Of a DNA stretch of 64,000 nucleotides, positions 1-8,807 are shown piece by piece. The position numbers were made by a program, and so were the translations under genes. Below the pieces are notes generated by a model. It ran no database searches, was not told where the DNA came from, and saw only the letters and a program-made list of their open reading frames with translations. Source of the stretch: Paludibacter sp. (lineage in GTDB: Bacteria > Bacteroidota > Bacteroidia > Bacteroidales > Paludibacteraceae); assembly GCA_034928015.1 (NCBI GenBank), contig JAYFPF010000036.1:15669-79668 (forward strand). Reading direction: 5' to 3'. Every line of letters starts with the position of its first letter. Position 1 is the stretch's first letter.

Positions 1-2
1 CA

Positions 3-368
3 AATCCGTATTTATATGATGCCAACTCGGGGGGAGACTTACATGGAAAATTGAACGGTATCAAAGTTGATTACTGGACAATTGAAAACCCCTCGACTAC
101 AAATCCACGACCCAGAGACGCAACAATCAGTTATTTTTCATCTTTGTCATATCAGGATGCTTCTTATATACGCCTCCGGAATATTTCACTGGGCTACAGT
201 TTCCCTGAGAAGATGATTGAACCCTTAGGAATTAATAAGGTAAAAGTCTATGTTACGGCTACAAATTTATGGACAATGACAGATTATCTCTCTTACAGTC
301 CGGAGGTAAGTGCCGGAAGCTATCCGGAACCAAAAACCATTGTTGCCGGTCTGAATGTTACATTTTAA
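3..368 (+). CDS. susC: SusC-like TonB-dependent transporter, C-terminal part (5' end outside window)
   Basis: Frame is open from position 3. DASYIRLRNISLGYSFP and a C-terminal GLNVTF are typical SusC ends; it directly precedes a SusD. Confidence 0.93.
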   Translation, partial: NPYLYDANSGGDLHGKLNGIKVDYWTIENPSTTNPRPRDATISYFSSLSYQDASYIRLRNISLGYSFPEKMIEPLGINKVKVYVTATNLWTMTDYLSYSPEVSAGSYPEPKTIVAGLNVTF

Positions 369-402
369 AGTTTCTTGATTAACTATTTCAATTTTGTGAA
401 GA

Positions 403-2013
403 ATGAACACCATGAAAAAGATTTTATATAGCGTAGTTTTAGTGATGGTACTTATACTGTTATCATCATGTGAAGACTTTCTTCAGGAAAAAGTATATAC
501 AAAAGTTACCAGTGATTATATTGTATCAACTCCTTCAGGGATGGCCAGTGCGGTATTGGCTATGTACTATAAAGACAGGGAGCTGTTCCGTAATAACAAT
601 GATACGGAGACCACTGTATGGCTCAATATGCTGATGGGAGATGATATAACAGTTCCACGCGCCGGAGAAGGAATTCCCCAGTTTGGAAGGCTTTTAAATT
701 TACAGGGCTCGACTACGACTGTAGGTAGGATATGGCGCCACATGTATGCTGTTATCGGGTATGCAAATCTGGTGGTTGAGGCTTCAAATAAGGTTGATAT
801 GACTGATCCGGTCGCAGTTCAGGCGCTTGCCGAAGCAAAGGTGTTCCGTGCACATGCTTATTTTTGGTTGTTGCGGAAATATGACAGAATTTATCTGAAC
901 ACAAGGGTGACAACACCTGAAAATGTAAATGATTCTATAGTTTATTCTCCCGCCGATCCTGCCGATGTATATGAGTTAATCAACAGTGATTTGGATTATG
1001 CCATTGAGAATTTATCATGGACAACCAACCAACCCGGACGTTTTACTCAGGGAGCCGCACGCCACATCAAGGCAAAAGTGGCTGCATGTCAGCAAAACTG
1101 GCAGGAAGTGGCTAATCAGGTAAATGCCATCGATAAAAGTGGGGTTTATAGTCTGGTTGCATTGGATAATGTTTTTAACGGTCCTGACCTGAATCACAGT
1201 GAAGCTATCCTGGTATCACAATGGAGCAAAGGGAACGGAGGATGGTACATTAGTCCTTCTACGGGAAGCACCTCCGGTCATCGTTTGGCACTGCATTTTA
1301 CACCGTTGTATAATCAGGAACAGGGAATGTTAATTGATTTTGCATCCGGAGGTTATCCCTGGGGACGTTTATTCCCTAATAATCATTTGTTGAGTAAATA
1401 TAATAAATCGAAGGATAAACGATACAATGCATATTATAAACACGCCTGGACTTACAATAACGCAGCGGGTGTCCCCAGAGGTAAAAAAGTAGGAGACACC
1501 ATCGTGGCAGCCAATCAGGCTCAATATCTGAATCTGCATCCGGCATGTACAAAGTATAATGATTCATATACCAGAATCAGCCCCCAGGAAACGCAGTCAT
1601 TTAAAGACATCATCATTTACCGGTTGGCTGAAACCTATCTGATGGGAGCAGAAGCATATTATCATTTGGGTAAGAGTGACAGCTTGTCCTATTACTATAA
1701 TAAGACATGGGAGCGGGCCGGAAATACCAAATTTACCGGAGCCATTACATTGGATATGATTATCGATGAACATGCACGTGAATTAGCAATGGAGGGCGAT
1801 CGCTGGTTTTTCCTGAAAAGAAACGGAATTCTGATTGACAGAATCAAGAAATATGGTGGAGAATACATTAAAACCACTGCTAATGTGGTACTGATGAATG
1901 ATACAACTATCAGAGACAATGTACAGCCACATCATGTAAGATTGCCTATTCCTCAGGCGCAAATCGACATAATGGGAAAAGAAAACTTTCCTCAGAATGA
2001 GGGGTATAATTAG
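403..2013 (+). CDS. susD: SusD/RagB glycan-binding lipoprotein (start may be ATG 412)
   Basis: Lipoprotein signal ending LLSSC-EDFL; motifs AEAKVFRAHAYFWL, IYRLAETYL, DEHARELAMEGDRWFFLKR, LPIPQAQID. Confidence 0.95.
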   Translation: MNTMKKILYSVVLVMVLILLSSCEDFLQEKVYTKVTSDYIVSTPSGMASAVLAMYYKDRELFRNNNDTETTVWLNMLMGDDITVPRAGEGIPQFGRLLNLQGSTTTVGRIWRHMYAVIGYANLVVEASNKVDMTDPVAVQALAEAKVFRAHAYFWLLRKYDRIYLNTRVTTPENVNDSIVYSPADPADVYELINSDLDYAIENLSWTTNQPGRFTQGAARHIKAKVAACQQNWQEVANQVNAIDKSGVYSLVALDNVFNGPDLNHSEAILVSQWSKGNGGWYISPSTGSTSGHRLALHFTPLYNQEQGMLIDFASGGYPWGRLFPNNHLLSKYNKSKDKRYNAYYKHAWTYNNAAGVPRGKKVGDTIVAANQAQYLNLHPACTKYNDSYTRISPQETQSFKDIIIYRLAETYLMGAEAYYHLGKSDSLSYYYNKTWERAGNTKFTGAITLDMIIDEHARELAMEGDRWFFLKRNGILIDRIKKYGGEYIKTTANVVLMNDTTIRDNVQPHHVRLPIPQAQIDIMGKENFPQNEGYN

Positions 2014-2048
2014 TAGAGCGAATAGCTAATAACGAATAACTAATAGTG
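2014..2048 (+). repeat. degenerate 7-nt tandem array right after the susD stop
   Basis: tagagcg-aatagct-aataacg-aataact-aatagtg; a similar array overlaps the acd stop on the minus strand (22890-22937). Confidence 0.55.
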
Positions 2049-2063
2049 GTACATTATCAACGT

Positions 2064-3470
2064 ATGAAAGTTTTAATATATATTTTGCTGATTTGTTATG
2101 GGGGTGTTGTCGCACCTGCATTTTCCAGAACCTATACTCCTATCCGGGTAGAAGCAAAAAAATGGGTGAAGGGAGATAATAACCAACCCTGGCAATTTTT
2201 TGACACCAGGATTATTAATAATCTGCAAGGGTTTAAAAATACGGGAAATGATGAAGTCAATAAATACGGCAGTACAATTAATAAGAAAATAGCCGGTACT
2301 GGTTTCTATCGTGTCGAAAAAACAGGTGGCCGCTGGTGGGTAATAGATCCTGAGGGATATTGCAATATTCAAACCGTGATAAATGGTTTCAGGCAAGGTA
2401 CATCTCAAAAAAATCAGAAAGCATTCAGACAATTGTATAAATCTGAAGAAGACTGGGCAAACAAATCTGCTAAAGCGTTCGAGGAATATGGACTTAATGG
2501 CATAGGTTCATGGAGTAATTATCCTGTCGTACAGTCTTATAACAACAAAAGTCAGAAACACAAGCTTTCATATTCGGTTAATCTGAGTATGATGGCATCT
2601 TACGGAAAGAAAAGGGGAGGTACATACCAGTTACCCGGTAATATCGGTTTCCCGAATCAAACCATCTTTGTTTTTGACTCTGAATTTCCGGCATTTTGTG
2701 ATTCTTTGGCTAAAGTACAGATTAGCGGCTGGAAAAATGATCCGGATGTTTTCGGATATTTTTCTGATAACGAATTGCCATTCGGGATTAAAAATCTGGA
2801 AGGATACCTGACGCTTAAAAATCCGAAGGATCCGGGAAGGATGGCTGCGGAAAAATGGTTGAAAGAAAAACGTCTGACAGTTGATAAGATCACCGACAAG
2901 GAAAGAAGTGAGTTTGCCGGTCTGGTTGCTGAAAGATACTTCCGCATTGTATCGGAAGCTATTCGCAAGGCAGACCCGAACCACATGTATCTCGGAAGCC
3001 GTTTACATGGCTCGGCTAAATTCGTTTCTGAAATAATGCATGCTGCCGGAAAATACTGCGATGTGGTGTCGGTAAATTATTATGGAGTATGGACTCCGGT
3101 TAAGGAACATCTCGACAATTGGGCTGCATGGTCGGGAAAGCCGTTTATTATCACCGAGTTTTATACAAAAGCGATGGATTCAGGTTTGGCAAATACAACA
3201 GGAGCCGGCTATACGGTACATACACAGCGAGACAGAGGATATGCATATCAGGATTTTTGTCTGGCTTTGCTGGAGTCTAAAAACTGTGTAGGCTGGCATT
3301 ATTTCAAATATCAGGATAATGACCCGACAGCCAAAGGGGTAGATCCGTCGAATATTGACTCGAACAAAGGAATCATAGACAATGATTACAGATTTTATGA
3401 AGATTTAATGAACTCAATGCAGCAACTTAACCGACAGGTTTATTCGCTCATAGACTATTTTGACAGGTAA
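2064..3470 (+). CDS. GH50-like (agarase-annotated) clan GH-A glycoside hydrolase with SPI signal, no T9SS CTD
   Basis: GRWWVIDPEG, GYFSDNELPF (putative acid/base Glu), FIITEFY (putative nucleophile Glu), CVGWHYFKYQD. ATG 2064 gives a clean signal peptide; the ORF track starts at GTG 2046. Confidence 0.72.
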   Translation: MKVLIYILLICYGGVVAPAFSRTYTPIRVEAKKWVKGDNNQPWQFFDTRIINNLQGFKNTGNDEVNKYGSTINKKIAGTGFYRVEKTGGRWWVIDPEGYCNIQTVINGFRQGTSQKNQKAFRQLYKSEEDWANKSAKAFEEYGLNGIGSWSNYPVVQSYNNKSQKHKLSYSVNLSMMASYGKKRGGTYQLPGNIGFPNQTIFVFDSEFPAFCDSLAKVQISGWKNDPDVFGYFSDNELPFGIKNLEGYLTLKNPKDPGRMAAEKWLKEKRLTVDKITDKERSEFAGLVAERYFRIVSEAIRKADPNHMYLGSRLHGSAKFVSEIMHAAGKYCDVVSVNYYGVWTPVKEHLDNWAAWSGKPFIITEFYTKAMDSGLANTTGAGYTVHTQRDRGYAYQDFCLALLESKNCVGWHYFKYQDNDPTAKGVDPSNIDSNKGIIDNDYRFYEDLMNSMQQLNRQVYSLIDYFDR

Positions 3471-3502
3471 TTTTTATATTCAACTTTTAAATTAGATAAG
3501 TT

Positions 3503-4630
3503 ATGAAAAACAAGATTTTTACTTTAATTTTTATGATTGGATTAGCTGGTATTGCTAATCTGCAGGCACAGTTACTGCTGGAAGAAAATTTTGATTATGA
3601 TGCCAATCGTGTGTTGATTCTGGATGCAATTGCCAATTCTGATAATTTTGATGGTGTAACGGGATGGTCTACTCAGAGTAACAGCGCATCCGGGACTAAT
3701 TGTTTTAATATTGAGGATGGAGCTTTAACTTATAACGGTTATGCCGGTTCAGGAATTGGTAACTCACTAAAGTATAATGGTGATGCTGGACAAGGTGTTT
3801 TTAAACTTTTTTCAAAAAATGTACGGAACGATTCGGTTGTCTATGTTTCGTTTCTGATAAATTTTCCAAACACCGCAGTGTCAGGTGGCGATTATTTTGT
3901 CGGAATTAAAATGGAGCCTTCAGCGACCAGTACAAATTGGGGTGGCAGGTTGTTTGCCTCAGTCGATCCAACTTATCCGGGTGAAGAGGTGAGCCTCGGA
4001 ATCAACAAGATGAGCGGAGGAGCCACAACATGGGTCAATGCAGTGACTGGGCCGTTTCTTGCCGCAAACACAACTCACCTGCTTGTTGTAAAATATCATG
4101 TGGGCGTATTAAATGGTACCAGTGCAGCAGAGGAGGCCGGCAAGTTTGATGATGTTATGTCGCTTTATGTTAACCCAGCCCTGAACGGAAGTGAGCCTGT
4201 AACTCCCGATCTGATTCATCAGGATGCTAATCAGAATGATTTATATCGCTATACCCAGAGCGGACTGGTCTTTGGGGGAGCAAGAGGCTTGTACCTGCGT
4301 GCTTCAGCAGCAGGAAATGCTCCGGCATATACTATCGATGGCATTCGGGTCGGACTTACCTGGGAAGAAGTGTTACCGGCTCCAAACGGATTGAAGAATG
4401 CATCGGCAACAAACTTCTCGTATCGTATGGATGATAAACATATTGTTGTTACAGCATCAAATTTCAATTACGACAGGTTTGAACTGAATAGTTTGTCCGG
4501 TCAGTGCGTTTTATCCGGGTCGTTGGTTGAGAAAAATGGAAGAATCGATGCTTCTTCGCTACATCCGGGCGTATATATCCTGAGTTTACAGGGGAATCAG
4601 CGGGCGTCAGCCAAGATTATTATCCGTTGA
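3503..4630 (+). CDS. T9SS-sorted protein with one uncharacterised beta-rich domain
   Basis: Signal NLQA|Q; type-A CTD-like end GVYILSL...KIIIR; the domain resembles the N-terminus of 11312-14005. Confidence 0.8.
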   Translation: MKNKIFTLIFMIGLAGIANLQAQLLLEENFDYDANRVLILDAIANSDNFDGVTGWSTQSNSASGTNCFNIEDGALTYNGYAGSGIGNSLKYNGDAGQGVFKLFSKNVRNDSVVYVSFLINFPNTAVSGGDYFVGIKMEPSATSTNWGGRLFASVDPTYPGEEVSLGINKMSGGATTWVNAVTGPFLAANTTHLLVVKYHVGVLNGTSAAEEAGKFDDVMSLYVNPALNGSEPVTPDLIHQDANQNDLYRYTQSGLVFGGARGLYLRASAAGNAPAYTIDGIRVGLTWEEVLPAPNGLKNASATNFSYRMDDKHIVVTASNFNYDRFELNSLSGQCVLSGSLVEKNGRIDASSLHPGVYILSLQGNQRASAKIIIR

Positions 4631-4671
4631 TATTGATAGATTCAAATGTATTGATACAGAAAAAAAACGGT

Positions 4672-6783
4672 ATGAATAAGTTTCTTACATTCGTTTTATT
4701 TCTTTTTCTGATTGTTCAGGGAATCGGGGCAGAAGAAGTTGAACACCGGCTGATCCCGGTTGATGATACTTATACGTACAGTGATAATACCATCCGCGGG
4801 ATGGAGGATTTGCTGAAAACGTATCACTCAACTGCAGGAGCGCAATTTCGTCGGATTACTTTTCTTAAATTTGATATATCATCCTTGTCGCCATTTGCTC
4901 AGTCGGTTAAACTCCGGCTTTATACAAACGGGTTTCAGGCAGGTGGCGATAATGCACATCAGTTCGATTTGTATCCGGTAAAAATCAATACATGGTCGGA
5001 GGATGATATTACTTTTCTGAATTTTACAGAAAAGGCAGGAACCGATATGACTTCACCGGTTCTTGCTTCTTATATCGTACCTGCCGGTCAGGCTCTACCT
5101 GCCCAATATATTGAATTTTCCGGAGCAAATCTGACCAGATACATAACAGATTCACTGGCTGCAGGTAAACAATATGTTTCCATTCGCCTGCGGGAAAAGA
5201 ATGTTGTAAAGAATGGCGCTGCCGGTGTTATTGTCGAATTTCATTCGAAGGAGAACGAAAGCGGCTTTACACCAGAACTGATTGTTGTTGAAAAAGATGT
5301 AGAACTGCTGAGAGCTTCTGATATACGGGTAGATGGAGTACGGATTGAAGGATTTTCGGAATCTGTTTACCGCTATGTGTGCCGGCTGCCATATAATACA
5401 ACGGTTATTCCGGATGTGTCGGCTACAGCCAAGTATGGGGATACTTCAGTCTCTGTGACACAGGCAGCCGGTCTGACCGGAACAGAAGCCAGCCGAACAG
5501 CAAAAATCAGGATAAGCAAAGGTGAGGACATGCTTACTTATTCGATCGTGTTTGAACTTCTGCCGCCACCCAATGATGCCCGTTTGTCTGACATGTTGAT
5601 TAATGGGAAATCACTTGAGTTTTTTGATAAGGAGAAAACCGCTTATGTTGTTTATTTGCCTTATAGTGCCGAAGAAGTTCCGGAGATTACTGTCGTACCG
5701 AATGAGCCCGGAGCCGTAACCCGGATTGAAAATGCACTTTCTGTGGATAGTTCATCTCCGGAGTCTGAGCGCACGACAAACCTGTATGTAACTTCAGGAG
5801 ACAAAACGGAAACGCGTATTTACCGTGTTGAGTTCCGGCGTTTGCCCAAACTGGATATTATATTGGGAATAGGTCAGTCGAATATGGCCGGCCGGGCTGA
5901 TTTCTCAGCTTATACCGGAGCAATGCAGGATGTGTTTTTGCTAACTCCTGCCGGAGAATTTGAGAATGCATCGAATCCAATGAATAAGTACTCGAATATC
6001 CGGAAAGATATCAGTCTGCAAAAATTGGGACCATCTTATTCCTGCGCCCTGAAATTACAGGAATACATGCACAAACCTGTGGCTTTTGTTGTGAACGCGC
6101 AGGGGGGATCTTCGATTACAACCTGGTACCAACCCGGTAAATCAAATTATGATGCATCTGTTGTCCGGGCAAAAGAAGCACAACGTTTCGGCAGGATTCG
6201 TGGGGTAATCTGGCACCAGGGCGAAAGTGACAGTGGAAATGCAGGGACTTATATGGAGAAGTTAAAAACGATGGTCGAAAATTTGCGTAAAGATCTGAAT
6301 GAACCTGATTTATATTTTGTTGCCGGTGAGCTTGCTTACTGGCGTGGAGGAGGAACAGGTTCGACAGCCTTCAATACGATGATTCGTACCATAGCAGCTA
6401 ATATACCTAATAGCGACTGGATTTCGGCTGAAGGCTGTACACCGTTGATAGACAATTCAGATCCTCATTTTGATGCGCCAAGCGCCATTCTGTTGGGAGA
6501 ACGGTATGCTGAAAAATTAATCGGAGCAGTTTTTAATACAACAGCAACAGATCAGCCTGAGCAAATTAAGCTTCCGCTGTTGAAGCATCATGCCGGAGGT
6601 CTAACTGTTGTCACTCATCAAGACCCTGTTTGGTTAAAAATAACTGACTTAACCGGCAGGAGCGTTTATCAACACCTGCTACAGGCTCATCAATCCGTCG
6701 ATCTTAAAGTTAACAAAGGAATATATCTGCTCTCGTTCAGACAAAACGAGCAGCATTATACAAGAAAAATTATGATTCAATAA
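4672..6783 (+). CDS. T9SS cargo: DNRLRE/CBM96-like module + 2 cadherin-like beta-sandwiches + SGNH (SASA/CE6-like) acetylesterase + CTD
   Basis: PVDDTY...RRITFLKFDIS...EFHSKE...PELIV; esterase blocks GQSNMAG, WHQGESD, DPHF; CTD GIYLLS...KIMIQ. ATG 4672 chosen over TTG 4627. Confidence 0.82.
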   Translation: MNKFLTFVLFLFLIVQGIGAEEVEHRLIPVDDTYTYSDNTIRGMEDLLKTYHSTAGAQFRRITFLKFDISSLSPFAQSVKLRLYTNGFQAGGDNAHQFDLYPVKINTWSEDDITFLNFTEKAGTDMTSPVLASYIVPAGQALPAQYIEFSGANLTRYITDSLAAGKQYVSIRLREKNVVKNGAAGVIVEFHSKENESGFTPELIVVEKDVELLRASDIRVDGVRIEGFSESVYRYVCRLPYNTTVIPDVSATAKYGDTSVSVTQAAGLTGTEASRTAKIRISKGEDMLTYSIVFELLPPPNDARLSDMLINGKSLEFFDKEKTAYVVYLPYSAEEVPEITVVPNEPGAVTRIENALSVDSSSPESERTTNLYVTSGDKTETRIYRVEFRRLPKLDIILGIGQSNMAGRADFSAYTGAMQDVFLLTPAGEFENASNPMNKYSNIRKDISLQKLGPSYSCALKLQEYMHKPVAFVVNAQGGSSITTWYQPGKSNYDASVVRAKEAQRFGRIRGVIWHQGESDSGNAGTYMEKLKTMVENLRKDLNEPDLYFVAGELAYWRGGGTGSTAFNTMIRTIAANIPNSDWISAEGCTPLIDNSDPHFDAPSAILLGERYAEKLIGAVFNTTATDQPEQIKLPLLKHHAGGLTVVTHQDPVWLKITDLTGRSVYQHLLQAHQSVDLKVNKGIYLLSFRQNEQHYTRKIMIQ

Positions 6784-6811
6784 AATTATTCACATTAAAA
6801 AAGGAAATATT

Positions 6812-7675
6812 ATGAAAACAAATTACACAAAAAATGAAGAGAAAAGATATCTTACTTCATTGTCATTAATGATTACTTTTGCATTGTTCTTTATTGTAGG
6901 AATATCCACACAAAATATAAATGCTCAATCGGGTGCGGTTATTTATCCTACTGATGACGCTTATCAAAGATACACTAACGGAACTACTGTTTACGGACAA
7001 CAAGAAAGTTTACTTATTCAATTTCATACTGATGGTCAATGGAGAAGAGAAGCTTGGTTGAAATTTGAGATTGCCGGACTTGATGCTGAGCACTTTGACT
7101 CGGCAACTGTAATCTTGTCCCCTTTAAGTACGAATGCGAATATAATTTCTCCAATGCACACAATAAGAGAGACAACCACAAATTGGAGTGAGTTAACACT
7201 TGTTTCTGCAAAAAAGCCAACTCTTATCGATGTAGTATTAGATAGTAAAGAATATACACCAGGTACTCCGATTAAATTGGATGTAACAAACATACTTAAA
7301 ACACGTCTTGCAGAAGAGAAGGACACTATAAGTTTTAATATCAGACCTTCAAGTGTTGCAGGAGCATTGTATTTTCATTCAAAAGAATCAAGTCAATCGG
7401 AATTATGGCCGGTTTTACTTTTAAAAGGTACTACCGTAGGTCTAATCCATCAAGGTGATGAGGGAATTAGGTTTAAAGTAGCAAACAATAAACTAATAGT
7501 TTCAGGTCGAGAAAGTATTAAAACAACTATTTTTGATGTTACAGGTAAAGTTATATTGTCAAAACAAGAAGCACAGAATTCGTATTCAATTAATATTTCT
7601 GATTTGATTTCTGGTATCTACATAGTATCATTACAATATGAAACAGGTAATAAAATTGTAAAAATTATGCTATGA
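6812..7675 (+). CDS. T9SS cargo consisting only of a DNRLRE/CBM96-like module and CTD
   Basis: Signal NINA|Q; PTDDAY...RREAWLKFEI...WSELTL...LDVTN...FHSKE...PVLLL; CTD GIYIVSL...KIML; no catalytic domain seen. Confidence 0.78.
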   Translation: MKTNYTKNEEKRYLTSLSLMITFALFFIVGISTQNINAQSGAVIYPTDDAYQRYTNGTTVYGQQESLLIQFHTDGQWRREAWLKFEIAGLDAEHFDSATVILSPLSTNANIISPMHTIRETTTNWSELTLVSAKKPTLIDVVLDSKEYTPGTPIKLDVTNILKTRLAEEKDTISFNIRPSSVAGALYFHSKESSQSELWPVLLLKGTTVGLIHQGDEGIRFKVANNKLIVSGRESIKTTIFDVTGKVILSKQEAQNSYSINISDLISGIYIVSLQYETGNKIVKIML

Positions 7676-7676
7676 T

Positions 7677-7725
7677 TAAAAAACAGAAATATTTTTAACT
7701 TGTGTTGAAAGTATTTCTGTTTTTA
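7677..7725 (+). terminator. long AU-rich hairpin, terminator or RNA-stabilising stem
   Basis: AAAAACAGAAATATTTTTAAC-ttgt-GTTGAAAGTATTTCTGTTTTT, immediately after the 7675 stop. Confidence 0.6.
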
Positions 7726-7730
7726 ATTAA

Positions 7731-8759
7731 CGTGAGTTCGATATAAGAAAAATTGAAAAAGGTTAGCATAATTCCGAGATAATTATTATCTTTATAGTAT
7801 TGAAATACAAATAAATAACTAAATTCATCACTATGCTAACCACTGACGAAATTACTGAAATTTTTTATTTATGCGATGATTTTTCAAAAGAATTTGACAA
7901 ATCATACAAAAAACATATTTTGGTTGCCGAGAGCGGCAAAAAGACCAGAAACAAGCCAAACAGGCTGTCAAACAGTGAAATAATGACGATTTTGATCACT
8001 TTCCATCTGGGAGGATTCAGAAATCTGAAACATTACTATGTGTTTTATGTAAAGCAACATCTCAATGGGGAGTTTCCACGTTTGGTTTCCTATAATCGAT
8101 TTGTTGAGTTACAACAGCAAGCTGTTTTTCCTCTGGTTATTTTTCTTAAATTGTGTAGGATGGGTCAATGTACCGGAATCAGTTTTGTTGACTCAACCAC
8201 CATTAAAGCGTGTCATATCAAGAGAGAGAAAATGAATAAGGTTTTCTCTGGAATTGCCACAAAGGGCAAGGGAACTCTTGGTTGGTTTTTTGGTTTTAAA
8301 CTACACCTGATTATTAATGACAAAGGAGAAATTCTTAGCTTTGTTATTACTCAGGGAAATGTTGATGACCGGGAACCACTTCAATATGAATCGTTTATTG
8401 AAAAAGTGTCTGGAAAATTATATGCCGATAGGCGTTATATTTCACAGGCACTACGAGATATATTGTTTGTTGATGGAATTCATTTTGTTACCAAAATGAG
8501 AAATAATATGAAAGGTGGCGAAATACCTTTGCAGGACAGAATTTATCTGCGTAAAAGAGCCATCATTGAGACAGTCAATGATGAACTCAAAAATATTTGC
8601 CAGATAGAACACACAAGGCATCGGTCTTTTACCAATTTCATTTCAAATCTTGTGGCTGCACTGCTCGCTTACAGTTTTATGCCTAAGAAACCATCAATTA
8701 AGGTTGAATTTGTGGATCAAGATCAACTCGTTTTATTTTAATTTTATATCGAACTCACG
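7731..8759 (+). mobile_element. IS982-family insertion sequence
   Basis: Perfect terminal IRs CGTGAGTTCGATATAA (7731-7746) and TTATATCGAACTCACG (8744-8759), flanked by TTAATTAA at 7723-7730 and 8760-8767. The boundary is ambiguous by 1 bp (6-bp TAATTA alternative). Confidence 0.92.
7833..8741 (+). CDS. IS982-family DDE transposase
   Basis: SFVDSTTIKAC, WFFGFKLHLIINDKGE, NVDDR, LYADRRYIS, KRAIIETVNDELKN, EHTRHRS. Confidence 0.92.
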   Translation: MLTTDEITEIFYLCDDFSKEFDKSYKKHILVAESGKKTRNKPNRLSNSEIMTILITFHLGGFRNLKHYYVFYVKQHLNGEFPRLVSYNRFVELQQQAVFPLVIFLKLCRMGQCTGISFVDSTTIKACHIKREKMNKVFSGIATKGKGTLGWFFGFKLHLIINDKGEILSFVITQGNVDDREPLQYESFIEKVSGKLYADRRYISQALRDILFVDGIHFVTKMRNNMKGGEIPLQDRIYLRKRAIIETVNDELKNICQIEHTRHRSFTNFISNLVAALLAYSFMPKKPSIKVEFVDQDQLVLF

Positions 8760-8807
8760 TTAATTAACAAATAAAAATAACAAATAAAAACTATCGATTA
8801 ATACATC

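Noticed and set aside
8700-8760. Outward-facing promoter in the IS982 right end
   Set aside because: Only a weak TGAATTTG box and no properly spaced -33 TTTG; left as a testable possibility only.
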